A DNA stretch of 63,495 nt, the filler included, from Sphacelaria rigidula (lineage: Eukaryota): assembly GCA_964200075.2 (NCBI GenBank). It is 6 parts of 6 records of this genome, joined end to end, with 100 filler letters (N's around TTAATTAATTAA, not from the genome) between each part and the next. Parts side by side here need not be neighbours in the genome. Positions count along the whole stretch, not along the records: positions 21,203 to 31,701 come from CAXNAA020006385.1; positions 31,802 to 42,299 come from CAXNAA020006386.1; 4 more parts are not named here. One strand, 5' to 3'. Positions 27,003 through 39,716 of the stretch are shown here, one piece after another. Each line of letters starts with the position of its first letter. The stretch's first letter is position 1. A program made the position numbers and the translations under genes. The notes under the pieces were generated by a model. That model saw nothing but the letters and a program-made list of their open reading frames with translations. It was not told where the DNA came from and did not search any database.

Positions 27003-27361
27003 ACCGGTCGCGCCGGTGGCTCAGTTGGTAACCTCGTAACCTTCTGATGGTTGAGTAGGGGGGTTCGATTCCCGGAGCGATCTGGAATTTTTTCTCACAC
27101 CATGCCCAAGAGTGGAGAGCGACTATGTCGTGGGTACATAAAATTCGACTTAACGGTCGACGAGGGAAAGGTACTGCTGAACCACTCTCGCGATAAAAAA
27201 TATAGGCAACACCGCAGAAGGAAGGTGGGGTATTAAAAATAAAAAAAATAGAAAAAGCTCTTGTGTTCACTTTCCTCCTGTGTGACCCCGGCTGATTCGT
27301 CCACATATACCGAAAAGTGTAGACTGGTGCCCAGAACAAATGGGACGACAACACACACACA
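27003..27361 (+). mobile_element. tRNA-derived SINE, family A, with (CA)n tail
   Basis: A-box TGGCTCAGTTGG and B-box GGTTCGATTCC, then a body shared with 55832-56121, ending GACAACACACACAC. Confidence 0.8.
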
Positions 27362-29394
27362 ACACAACGAACCCAACTACAGGATCATCGGAATAGTGTG
27401 CATACTCGGTACAATTAAGAGTCCATAACTTCCCAGACTTGTGAAACAGCGGAAGTATATATTCCAGTATGGGACAATCGGAACAGAAACAAGTGTACTA
27501 CCCGTGTATACATGTGATGACCTTCAGAGCTGAGTTGCACGTGGTGCGTGTTTGTATGATCACGAGGGGTTGCGACGTATCGGAAATCGTACATGCGCCG
27601 AAGGGGGCAACTATCCTATATACAGTACCTAGAGTGGTAGCCCTTCCCTTCGTGGATCCCTTCCAACAAGAACGCGTTTGGGACTCGAGGCAATCCCACA
27701 CGTAGCTCAAATCGCATACTGCAGCACACTAAAGAAATGTGGAGTGACATCTGCATCATATCAAAGCCGTCAAAACGTGCGACGAGAAATCACTCCGTCT
27801 GCATCGATGTACTACAACAGTAGAGGTGTCGAACTCCTGTGGAGTCCACGATGCCCATAAGCGGTCCGCACGCGCGATCGCTGAGGCCGTGCCTTCACCG
27901 TGTGGAATCCATCACGTCTCGTGCTTGCGTTACCTGCGGTAAACCAATACAGGATATCGTTGCAGATGCGGACAGTACGATTTAAGTCACTTGCTGACCG
28001 GTCGAGGTAGAGGTGATTTTCATCCAGTGCGTTATCTCGCTCATCTCCACACATCACTTATCGATGAAGTAGTGACTGGTCGCTGTACCAGAGACCGTCT
28101 CATCGTCCGCAGTCTCTCAAGACCTCCTGCATTTCGTGCTCATTATGCAACCGGCGGCGAGCCAACACGACACAATACCGAGCAGATAGGTGCCCGTGGG
28201 ATTGGCGAACGGACCACTTCGCACGCAGGAACAGCATGATTTGCTCTTCCCTCCGTGTTGGGCAAATGAACCGACCTTGACCCGTCAATCAACGGAGTAA
28301 CGCTCCAACGACAGCGCCGCACAAACTTCGTCTCTGTGAGCTACCTTCATTTCTCCGAAATATGACAACTCGCACCAAATGTTTTGAAAGATGCTTCGCA
28401 GATGGAGACTGGGCGGCTGGAATGTGATGGAGATGGGGTGCACGCGTCTAGAGCACATCGGCGAAATTTGGGGTGTTGAAAAATGACACGCGGAACAGTC
28501 CCCTCCTGGTCAATCGAAAGAAATATTAGACCCCACCGGCGCCATGTTATCATTACCGATGCCAAGGCTTGCAAATGATAGTTGAAAATCGCCCAGACAC
28601 GTGGAATGGCGCAAACGTTGCGTGGACACCCCTTGGACCAGCGATCAACTGTTTCCTTCCTTTTGGCCGATCAGGCCGAGGAAATTGTGAATTTGGTGAT
28701 TTTGAGTCGTGATGATTTGTCCTAAGCGTGGTCAATTACGCGTGAAGTAGTGGTGGACAGCTTCACGCTTCGTCTTCCGTGTTGCGGTCGACTTGTACAG
28801 CATAGGTCAGGCGTTTTGTGGTAGTAACATAGTACATGACGAACGACTTTGCCCCGGGCCAGTCACTCGCTGACTACTTCAGGTGTTTTTTGCCTCTTTT
28901 TCTCCCCGTCTGCTTCAGGCACGGCCAGTTGAAACTTAACTGGCCACATCTGTTCACAGCCCCACTGGTATACAGCTGCTTGCTGTAGCGCACGAAACAG
29001 TACTGTACCTGTTCCTCTTGGCGGAGGATAGGAGAAGGGGGTACTTTGGATATTCCCTACTCCCATGATATCTGTGCACAACAAGAATTTCCCAATTAAG
29101 CATTTTTGGTGTTTCACGCCTCTTCGGACAATTTTTTTTGGATTGAAGCATTTCTGTTGAAATCGAACGGAAAGTAGAACGCCGAGTCTCGCTGCAAATA
29201 AGAGTCTCTTACCATCTGTCGCGCTCTGCAATCGCGACCATTTCCGGCGAGTGCGAACGACAGTTGTACTGCTAGATTGTAGTCATTCACGTCTACATAT
29301 GACGTACAACCTGGGCCAGCTTGAAAGCGGCTAAAAGTTGCTCCCACCACAACTTTTCCAGTTTCCCGAATGAACCCGATGTAAGCATATCACT

Positions 29395-29860
29395 GTGAAG
29401 TGCACACTAACCTGGTACCACACGGCACCGCCGCTGAATGAAGAACAAAATGTGTTGCGTTATATATAGCCTTGACGACGGACGAAAATAAGAAGATAAT
29501 CTCTCGGGATTCGAACTCATTACCTCCATATTTGGAGTCTCCCATCCCTTGAATCACAGGGGTGCCGCAGTGTCACGCGAGACGTTGCACGCACGGCCCA
29601 GTTCGACGACACTTGAGCTGGAATTTCACGAAGACCGTCTGCACCCAAGGAAATGATACATCCCGTGAGCAGCTGCAGATTCTCATTTTCCCCCCGGATT
29701 CGTGGCATTATCTTGTTTTTGCCGAAATTTCAAATCCCCACTACTTCTTTTTTTCCTTTACTGCTCACGGGATGTTTTTCATGTCGATCATAAAACGCCG
29801 CTGTCAAAATTTCAGCGTCCATCTCCTGACATCACGCCGTGCATCGCCTGAGAGGAAATC
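29395..29860. mobile_element. Dispersed non-autonomous repeat (family C)
   Basis: Colinear with 13960-14450. Confidence 0.65.
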
Positions 29861-30847
29861 GCCCATTGTTTGCTGATTCAGGTCGTATAATCTATTATTC
29901 AGTGTACATAGACAGCAGCAAGGTGATTGCTACAAGCTGGAAGTTACTAGATAACTAGAGCGGATAGCAAAGGACAGACACTAGATTCAGCTATTGATAC
30001 CTTTTGTTGAATCGATATTGCTCATGGATTGTGGTTCCTGGTACAAGTCCAGTAATTTCACGATACGGATTGTGTATATATCCCCAAAATGTCGCTGTTG
30101 CCGCAAATACAGCCTGAAGCCTATTTACCGCACTACTTTGGTATACCTACACGGGAACGGCGAGATAAGGCTACATTGTCCGTACAAACATGTGATACGC
30201 TACGTGCGCTGTGGTTTGGGATACACGTGGAGGTGTGAAATGAACGAGGGTGACGAGTCGAAGGCTCCTCTCCGTCTCCGTGCCTTCATCGTGGTGCTAG
30301 AGGCATGCACCTCGAAAATCGCACTGCATCATCCAGAGAAAGCTAGACATATTTGCTGCATGGGTTGTACGTCAACAGCAGTGTTACGGTTCATTGGGTG
30401 GCCGATTTCCACAGTGCAGCTACCTTCGGGCAGATCTCGGCACATGACTGCAAGACACACTGGTGGAACACAGCATAGGGATATCAGGACCCCACAGCTT
30501 AACGAGCTCCTCCGCATCGAGAGAGAAATCCAATCCGTACCAGCCACGTTCCGTTTGAGGAGGCGGGCCTTGCAAGCTGGCGTTCAGCAAACTCCCCGCT
30601 TAATCTGAACAAGATCAGTACGAGGAACATCATCATCCGTCATCTATCGGACGCCAGTCCTAGCTCTAACTTTACGCTTGAACTCTCCAACGTCTCTGCT
30701 GATTCCAAACCGACGAATGCGCTAAAAGACCCGAATACAACGGCCGATGAACCATATAGCCGTCCCGCACTTACACCTAAACTGTTGCTGCTGGAGCTAC
30801 TGTGACCACCGGCACTACTCCAACCCTTCAAAGGGTCAGTATGTTTG

Positions 30848-31701
30848 CTACACTCCTCCCATTCCAGCGCCACCGTGTGTAGGAGAAGGAGCTGTCACCT
30901 CTACCTTCGTTCCTGCTTCTACCCTAGGCACGGAAGACACCTCACGATCCGCCCCTGAGGGTAGCTGGCCCGGAAGTAAGAGTGGTGTTACACCACTACG
31001 CCTGGCAAAAGGGTACACACTACGCTTGCGTTTTGTTCCTTGGGCGCCAGCAACGCTTTCTCCACCACCGTCGGCTGTGCTGCTGCTTCCTCCACCACCG
31101 TCGCTTGTGGTGCGGGTGGAGGTGGGCTCCCCAGCGCTGGGGTATTCCATGTCGTACAGTGTAGCTACTTCATGCACAGTGGGATACTGTCGGCAACGTT
31201 TTGCCTCATCAAGGTCGTCGTTATTGAAAATATCCAATTTCAAGCGTCCCTCTTTGCTAGACTCGTAGCTCATCACACGAACCCTCCCTGCCCTGGCATT
31301 CTTCGAGCAGAACTCCGCCTTTTTGCTTCCCGCTACACCATACGACGGCTTCTTCGAGCAGCCCTCGTCTCCGCATTTCCTTGTCACCACATCCACCATT
31401 GCCACCCTGGCATGCTCGATGCAGAACTCCGCCTTCTTGCTTCCCGCTACACCATACAACGGCCCTCTGAAGCAGCCCTCTTCGCAGCATTTCTTCCTCA
31501 CTACATCCACCATCCCCGCCCTGGCATGCCGAGAGCAGAACTCCGCCTTCGTGCTTCCCGCTACACCATGCGACGGCTTCTTCGAGCAGCCCTCGTCGCC
31601 GCATTTCTTCCTCACCACATCCACCATTCCCGCCCTGGCATGCTGAGAGCAGAACTCCGCCTTCTTGCTTCCTGCTACACCATACGATGGCGGCTTCCAG
31701 C
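30848..31701 (-). CDS. EsV-1-7 cysteine-rich repeat protein, 5'-truncated by contig end
   Basis: Open frame from the contig edge to TAG at 30848. About 3.6 tandem 38-aa (114-bp) units MVDVVRKKCGDEGCSKKPSYGVAGSKKAEFCSxHARAG (C-x4-C...C-x2-H), the EsV-1-7 repeat pattern, then a low-complexity tail with TKRKR. Confidence 0.9.
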
Positions 31702-31801
31702 NNNNNNNNNNNNNNNNNNNNNNNNNNNNNNNNNNNNNNNNNNNNTTAATTAATTAANNNNNNNNNNNNNNNNNNNNNNNNNNNNNNNNNNNNNNNNNNN
31801 N
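31702..31801. other. Artificial contig linker
   Basis: N44-TTAATTAATTAA-N44. Confidence 0.97.
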
Positions 31802-33939
31802 CAACAAGCTTGTTCGAACAACCGTTGATGCCTTCAACGACGATCTGACTCGAAATTTCGAGCACCAAATGGCCCAAAATACCCCCCCCCCTATCATAGG
31901 ATGACTCAGGGGTCGTTATTCATAATTAGACAGCGAAAGTACGTCGTCTGTTGAATCAGCACCACCCGCGGTCAATGATGAAACTCCCAGGAGGCAGTAT
32001 ACAAGCCGTGGCTATCTCTGAAAGTGGCGATACCAGAAAATGAAGGGACTCATTGAAGGCTGTTATGCAAATGCAAGCCTGTCAGTACGCTTCGGGCCGA
32101 ACAATCTCAGCAGGATGCAGCTCACCCTTAATGCGACTCGCCGAACACACCGAGGCGCTTCGCGCTTGGTGATTGAATGCAAGCCTCACCCGGCGAAATC
32201 TCGGCTTGCTCCGTCCCGGTATTGTAGGGATGCGCTATTGCTCTCGGCCCAAGCCTTCCCATATCCCATTCTGGCGCCCTTTCCCCGCATGCACTGGGCC
32301 AATCATGAGACGGCAGACGCCCCTCCGCGATTGGACGTCACACACCGGCTGAGCCCCACCAGATTGATTATTTCCCACCACTGATGCTACACGCGCCAGT
32401 TGACATGGTTTTGGAAATGTACCAAACCCCGCGTTTTCAAATAAGCATACCGTGGGGCGATTTAAAGTGTACCATTGCCTCAAAATTGGGCCGCCGTCCT
32501 CTGCCCGTTTTGAATACACTTCACGATTGTCTGCCACAGGCCCACATTAGGTAATCAACGATCGACGGCGTAACGCCGCGGTAGTGCCCCCCCCTTTTGT
32601 TTCGCTCGGCCAGTAAACACATCACAAAACGGAGTCAATGTCGGCCGGCACGATTTAAGTATTTCGGTGCGGGTATTCTGGGCTCGATCAGACTGTCATG
32701 ATCGGTTGCATGGCAGCAGAATCCCGTGCATCTTTGCATGACTACCAATTGAGCAATGACCAACCCCCGTGTTATAATTCTGGAGCTGGAGACCCAGTTT
32801 TACCTCCAAGTGATATTAATCATAGCTAGTCGGATCATTTCTCCTCGCAGGATTGGCGGTCATGTAGTGTAACACCTCCCGCCCCCGAAGCAGATAAATC
32901 GTTTGGCGCGGTAGCTGTTACCCCTGCGACCGTTCATCGTAGGATACTTAAATCAAGCCCACACACCAGCCCCCAAATAGGCTAAGGTGCCAAGCCGACC
33001 CTTGTTACACCCACGATCGAAATGACGTCGATGACCGCCCCCTCTTATTTGGTGAGCATAATTTTTCATGCACGGAGCGCAACCGTGTCGAACCCTGGCT
33101 TTCCGTTGCTTAGCGGGTTGGGAAGGAACCCCAAGTAACAGCGCGGGTGGAGCGCCACGAGCGTTACCGAGGGCGGACTGTCTTTGACCAATTCCCGATA
33201 GCCCCGGGAGCAGCCGAACCTTTGGTACGCTCTACGCTTCACCCTCGGCGGGCTCCTCCGGATGACCCTGTAGATATCCCTGATGACGCAGTTGCACTCG
33301 TCCACCACGATCGTGAACGGGTGTGGGCGTCATTAGATGAAGGCAATACTGTCGACCAGGCCAGTGTTTCCCAGATGCCGAACAGATCAACACTACGATC
33401 CGCCGACCCCTCCCCCCCCTCAAAAACTATGCTTGAACCCATCACTAAGATAGCGTTGTCATCTCTTGGGTCAGGCATCTCACTTCCATTTGGGCGTTCC
33501 TCTCCTTGTCATAAAAACCCCCGTCTGAATCTTCATCAAAAGGAAAACATAGCGTGGTGACCGACGAGCCGTCCACGTTTGACCTTTCGTCCCCTATTTT
33601 ACCAACGTTGGCCCCAACTAACACGGGTAGCGAGTTGACTAGTGTAGCCAAATCGACTGCGCCCTTTGCAGAAACGTCCTCTCGTTTGCCCGTACTAGAT
33701 GCTGTCACCTCGCCAGCTTCGCAAACTGACGCTTCGCTATTCGTTGCGGCCAACCAAGGTATCCCATACCAAACGCAACAGCTGTCGCGGCCAGCCACGA
33801 CAACTGCCCTCCCCAGGTATCGTCCATCCCTTACAGTATACGCAATTCAACACTCGAAAGATTCCCCAACGGCTGTAAACGACACTCCGTGCCCCGAACC
33901 ACCTTCGAACAGAAATCTCGTTTCGAAGGATCATCAGCG

Positions 33940-36900
33940 TGTATTTCAGTGCAGCCGCTCACAATCACAAGCACGGTATGTCCACAGATTTCTTGCCAGA
34001 ATTTGGACCGGATCTAGTCAGCGGAACTACAATCATGGATCATGCCTCCTCCACGACGAAAATAGGTGTACATAGTGAAATACATGCAACATGCTCTTCA
34101 TTAGCTCTTGCATTGCCAGATTCAGGCTCGCCACAAACATTCATGACCGCCAGCTGCTGGCAACAAATGATCCACGCGATTACTGCGGATACGCATTGCG
34201 TTCCTACGGGTTCCCCTCGTGTTTTTGGCGGGTTTCGTACCTACACTGCACTTACGGTTAATCCATCAGTGAGACGTGGTGTGAGCGTTTTCGATGATAC
34301 GAGTTTGAATACTCGATTATCCGTGTGGGCGCTCATAGTGCCCGATGGTCAGTGTCGGTTGATATTTTGTTGGGGCGTGATAGTCGGCTGCGGTTTTCCA
34401 CTCATACATACACGCCTTACACATCTGCTTTACACCATCCCAAGACCGGCGGATTGAAATTGGGATATCATGATACTGTTTCGGGGCTCATGCTTACGTC
34501 GATAATCCAACACAAACGGGTGATGCTTTTTGACTGCACTATGTTGGCGAACATGTTACCTCCTTGTCTCCTGAACCCCGGCTCATACATGTAAACCTTG
34601 TGAGACGGAGTGGATCCTCTGCCCTCACTTGACAATATTTGGTCGAATCAATCAAGCCCAATCAGTCGGCTGATGATGTCGGCGCCTTTGAACAGACCAA
34701 AGTATTCGTTCACGGAGGTCGACAATCCGTCCCTCTCACGTCCCCTACATATTTTGATATACTTCCCGGCTAGTTGTTGGGTTTTCGTCAGGCGCCCCTC
34801 CTACGGACAGAATTGTCAAACGTGTGTCTGGCGACCGAACCGAAAGCGTCACCAGACACCTCGATCAACGCGGACTCTCCGCCGTTAGATGAGACTTTCC
34901 TTATGTTAGTGGACGAAGTGTCTCACGCACCTGACCAAACCCCCCCGACGGTATTGCTAGATAGATTATCGCCAGAGCAACGTGCTATTTTTCAACGTGT
35001 ATGGGACAATATCCCCCCACATTTTCGACACATTGCTTTTGATCTAGCTGGTAAGGGTTTGTTCGATAGGCTGCGCTCCATTTTCATACGATATTTTGAA
35101 CGGTTCTCCAAGGCGTCCGTAGATCTAGGCCGCTGCACCACTACACCGTCCAAAATCAAACTTCCTGATGGCACGCCACATATCGCTACGCATCCGCACC
35201 GTACAAACCCCCTCTTAGCGGATGAAATTCAGGTAATCCTCAACGGATACTTATTCGCCCGTTTAATACGGTACTCAACATCCCCATGAACCTCGCCGCT
35301 TGTTGTCGTCCAGAGGAAGAACGATAAAAGTAGACTGGTCGTCAATCACCAATGGTTGAACGCAGTCACCAAAATCTCACGTCGTCTTCTTCCCCGCATA
35401 GATCAAATTATTGACTCTCTCGGCGGGGGTACGGTCTTTTCGAACTTTGACATGCTACCACCAACTTGTGATGGACCCGCAATCTATTGAACTGACGGCG
35501 TTCTGTACACCGTCAGGCCTGTACGAATGGTTGGTAACACCACAAGGTGCCGCCGGCGCCGCCGGGGCGTTTTCACGTGTGATGTTTCGTGTGTCTGGTG
35601 GATTGTCCAAGTGCCATATGTACCTCGACGACACGGTAATACGTGGAAGTACCCCTTCCGAACATGTCGAGCTCTTGGCGTCATTCTTCGCTCATTTCGA
35701 AACATGCAGTTTGAAGCTTGCCCCCTCCAAATCCCGCGTTGGAGCGACTAGCATCGAATTCCTGGGTCACTGTGTCACTGCGGAAGGTCGTAGCCCAAAC
35801 TTCAACAAGGTTGCCGCACTTACAGATATGTCTACGCCACGCGATGCATCTTAACTGCGCTCATTGCTCGGCGGTTTGAGCTACTTCCGACAGTATTTGC
35901 CGAACCTAGCCCAAACCCTCCAACCCCTCACACCCCTGCTCAAAAAAGGTGTGCCATTCGCGTTTACGTCGAAAATGGAGAAAGCCGTAAGTCAACTGCT
36001 TGATACACTTTCGCGACCACCAATCTTGGTCTTCCTAGACTGGACGGCCGCTTAGAATGGTTCACATCCGTCCCGACTTCACACGAATTCCTCCGAAGTT
36101 GGGTTTGGCTGCACGTTGGAACAGGAACAACCAGATGCTAACATTTGCCCCAGTGTATATTTGAGTCGAACTACTCACCCAGATGAACAAAAATGGTCGG
36201 TTATGGAACAAGAGGCCGACGTAACTATTTGGGGAGTGAGACGTCTCCGTCAGTACTTGTATGCTATTCCTTTCGTGATTTATGCAGATCATAAGTATTT
36301 GGAAAACCTCGCAAAATGGCGGAACACAACGCCAAGGTTCAACGCTGTTTTGAGATCCTGTCTTCTTACAACTTCACACTAAAGTATCGAACAGGATCTT
36401 GAAACGCAAACGCTATTTTTCTGTCTCGCTTGCCCATACCGGCCCAACCCATCGACAGCTCCACCTTGGGACGCATCACGGATCCCACGGAAGATATTGC
36501 ATATGTCATCAGGAGAAATGGTCGTAGCAGAATCTCCACACCACTCTCACTGATTCAAAACCCAGTACTTGGCGTTGATGGGCTGACGACTACAGATCAC
36601 GTTTCTGTCCTGAGCAGCATGCCGCCACGATGGTCGTGTTCAGTTTGGAGTGGAGCGAGTACAAACCTGAGTGGGTATGATCAATTCCGTGCAACTGGTC
36701 ATCGAATGGTTTGTGCTGCAGATGTAGACCCGCCTTGTACTGACTTCGTCCTCACGGTTCAAGTTCGAGATCTCATCTCGAGTAGAACCTGGGGACGGCG
36801 GGTCGGCGATACGGCCGCCACCCTAGCGGCCTCCGGCCCGGGCCTTCCCATCCCGACCCCAATCCCGGTGCCCGATACTTTCCTTGCGTCCCCTCAACCA

Positions 36901-39420
36901 CCACGGCGCAAGCCCCCCAGAAGATCGACCCCCATCCACGGCACCCCTGCCTCCCATAGCCGAAGCCTTGGCTTTGCGCCCCTCCTCCGTTGATGGTGTT
37001 CCCACTGATGCCTCATCATCCGATGCTCTAGTCGACGTAGGAATCGAAGACAATGTTCCGCTTGAGGATGCACTTACTGATCCTCCCGCCCATGATCCAA
37101 ATATCCCTGATTTGAGTCAACACCGCCATTACACGAAGCCCTTCCTTTTGGACAAACCGTCGGATAGTGTGTTTTAGGAACGTTGGCCCCTCTTCTCCCA
37201 CGCCGATTGGACCAGAGAACAACAAGCCGAACCTGCTTATAGAGCGGCTATGCATTATGTATCCGAAGGCTTCCCGTGTCCTTTTCAGCAACCTAATTCC
37301 TCTCGCCCGTTGGGAACCACAAAGCCCCCACACAGGATGAAGGTTTTGAACTATCGCGAAAACGTATGCTTTATACGGATGGTTATGGTGTCGTTATTTT
37401 AGTTCGCCGGCTCACAGCGCCCCTTCGTGTGGGTAAACCTACCAGTAAACATGCTTGTTTGTTAGATGATGATCTCACACGAATTTATGTGTCGTTTCTT
37501 TTGCGTCCACGGGTTCTCCATGAATGCCATTCGTAAGCATCGACACATCTGGAAGTCGCTAGGACCTCCTAGATTCTTGGGCGTTTTTATCGGTGGATGT
37601 GTATGGATCAGTGTGTACGTTGGTGGGTAAGGCTTCTTTTTTTGTGCCGGGCGTGCAAACCTTTGGGCCAAACGGTTCGGCGGTCAGTTATTTCCATGCC
37701 TTTCCCCAACGGGCCTGGTGAAGTAGTCTCATGGGATTACTTTGTTCCGCTCCTCCTCTCTGATAGTGATAACAAGTACTTCTTGTTTTACGAATCGGTT
37801 TAGTCGACACGCGGTGATGCATGCTGTTTCGGAAACCAACTATAGTGCGGCAGGCACAGCCAACGTCCCTCTGTACACATACATTCCACAATGGGGTGTA
37901 TCCAAACGATTGTTGTCCGATGACGGCCCCATTTCGCCGGCAAACTTGCTGCCGCGATCAGTGACCTCCTGGACGTTCATCGCATTTTTTCTAGCTTATA
38001 CCGTCCGTCCACAAACGGTGGGACTGAACGAGTGAATCATACGATGGCTTCAATGCTTGCAACGGTAACCAACGAAGGACAAAGGGACTGGAAGTTGCAC
38101 TTGCCCCTTGTTCAGATGAACTACAACATTTCAGTCAATGATACCATTGGAAGTGCCAATGAAGTTCATATTGGTCGTATGCCCAGGTTGTCACTGACGG
38201 TGTTCGAAAGGAAATCTTACGAAGGCCATCAACGTTTGAATCGAGTTATTGCGGGGTACCGTATTTCTCTTAGTTATCGTCTCCGTCTTGCATATGATGT
38301 GGTCCGTGAGCAGAACCAAATCAATGCAGCGAAAGTTGCCAAGGCAAGCATTGTTTTGGATGATGCGGTAAACAACCGTACGGTGTGGAAAGTAGATGAA
38401 TGGGTGTGGGTTTTACAACGATATGAAAACCGTCACTCGAGGGGCTAGCTCCAAAACGTTTTCGTTGGATAAGGTGTTGAAGTGGAAGCTATCCTTGAAT
38501 TGGACTGGTCCTTGAAACATCCTGGCGGTTGGGCCCTGTGATATCGTACTTGACAATAACCCGGTAGGCGAAACAAAATGGATTTGGATTTCCCATGGAT
38601 GAAGCTGGCATTAAACGAAAAACGAGCGTCGATGCTTAGGTGTAAGCCGTGTCTGCACCCACATGATACAAGCGACATGCCCGAACAATTACCAATGCGT
38701 CTCGGCCAGTACGTGCTGACCAATTATGCGGCCGAAGCTCCGCCGTATCACATGAAGGTTGAAGATGCCCACGGCCCTCTTGAGCGTGTGGTGGTGGAAT
38801 GCATCTCGGGCCATCAATTAGTCCGAGGTGGAGGAGGTAAAATAGCACTTATGTATCAGACATCTTGGAAAGGTATCATGCGTGTTACGTGGGACCGGGA
38901 AAATGCTCTCCGCCATTTTCGGAGAGAGGTATTCCTATATTGGGTAGGAAATGCTGTACAACACCGTCCGTTTAGCAAACGCTATAGGTCCATGCGGAAG
39001 GGAAAAGCGGCTCGTGAGCTCGCACGGGAGCACTCTGCGCGGTTCGTCGTCGCCGGCTATAGCCTTGTTTCTCGTCCGCAACACTTGAACTCTTTTTGTA
39101 AGAAGCGCTTGCCAAAATGCGCGTATTTTTGGTACAAAGTGTAATGAGTGAGAGGACCGCGTGCTTAGAGGACCGCGCCATAGTTCAAAACACCTCAGGA
39201 TCGACGTTTTTAAAAAACAATCCGGCCAGTCCCTGCAGGTACTACGCCCCTGACCATAACCCCGACACTAACCCTAACCCTAACCCTAACCCTAACCCTA
39301 ACCAGAGGGATATTCAAATTCCGATGCGGTCCTCTAAGCACGCGGCCCTCTCACGCATTACACTTAGCACGCCCTAGACAGTTTGGCATTCTTCGGCTGA
39401 TTCGGGAATATGATGACGAT
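33940..39420 (+). mobile_element. Degenerate Ty3/Gypsy LTR retrotransposon pol (PR-RT-RH-IN, chromodomain-like tail)
   Basis: Protease LPDSGS (~34110), RT TAFCTPSGLYEWLVTPQG and YLDD (35621), RNase H (LGGLSYFRQY, IYADH), integrase (CRACK, GPGEVVSWDY, LLSDDG, ERVNHTMASML), tail ISGHQLVRG..YQTSWKG..TWDRE. Domain order is Gypsy-type; many stops and frameshifts. Upstream gag probably decayed in 31802-33900. Confidence 0.9.
39139..39363. mobile_element. MITE (225 bp) with 38-bp TIRs and internal (CTAACC)6
   Basis: GTGTAATGAGTGAGAGGACCGCGTGCTTAGAGGACCGC (39139-39176) is the reverse complement of GCGGTCCTCTAAGCACGCGGCCCTCTCACGCATTACAC (39326-39363) with 2 mismatches; telomere-type hexamers at 39268-39303. 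Confidence 0.85.
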
Positions 39421-39460
39421 ACGTGTATCGCTTCTCCGTCGCTAGGGGCAGATGCCAATA

Positions 39461-39716
39461 CCCAGGGGCGCTTGCCCGTATCTAGATGCGCTCCCCCCTA
39501 CCCAGGTGCGCTTCCCCCTACCCAGGTGCGCTTCCCCCTACCCAGGTGCGCTTCTCCATAGTCAGGGGCGCTTCCCCTTACCCAGGTGCACTTCCCCATA
39601 GTCAGGGGCGCTTGCCCCTAATCCGGGCCGTTCCCCCCTAACCAGGGGCGCTTCCCCATAGCCATAGGCGCTTGCCCTTAATCCGGACCGCTTGCCCTTA
39701 GGCGAAGAGTTGCCCT
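39461..39716. repeat. 20-bp minisatellite, about 12 units
   Basis: Consensus CCCAGG(T/G)GCGCTTCCCCCTA repeated head to tail. Confidence 0.9.

Noticed and set aside
27003-27085. tRNA gene
   Set aside because: A and B boxes are present but I could not fold a convincing cloverleaf, and it continues into a dispersed repeat body with a CA tail, so it is a SINE head.
30848-31701. Integrated phaeovirus genome
   Set aside because: No core viral genes or gene-dense intronless region nearby; EsV-1-7 repeats are common in host genes.
31040-31753. Plus-strand and alternate-frame ORFs over the EsV-1-7 array
   Set aside because: Shadow ORFs of a GC-rich repetitive coding sequence.
39268-39303. True telomere
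   Set aside because: Only six units, internal, and enclosed by TIRs.
39461-39716. CRISPR array
   Set aside because: Head-to-tail 20-bp units without unique spacers, eukaryotic context, no cas genes.
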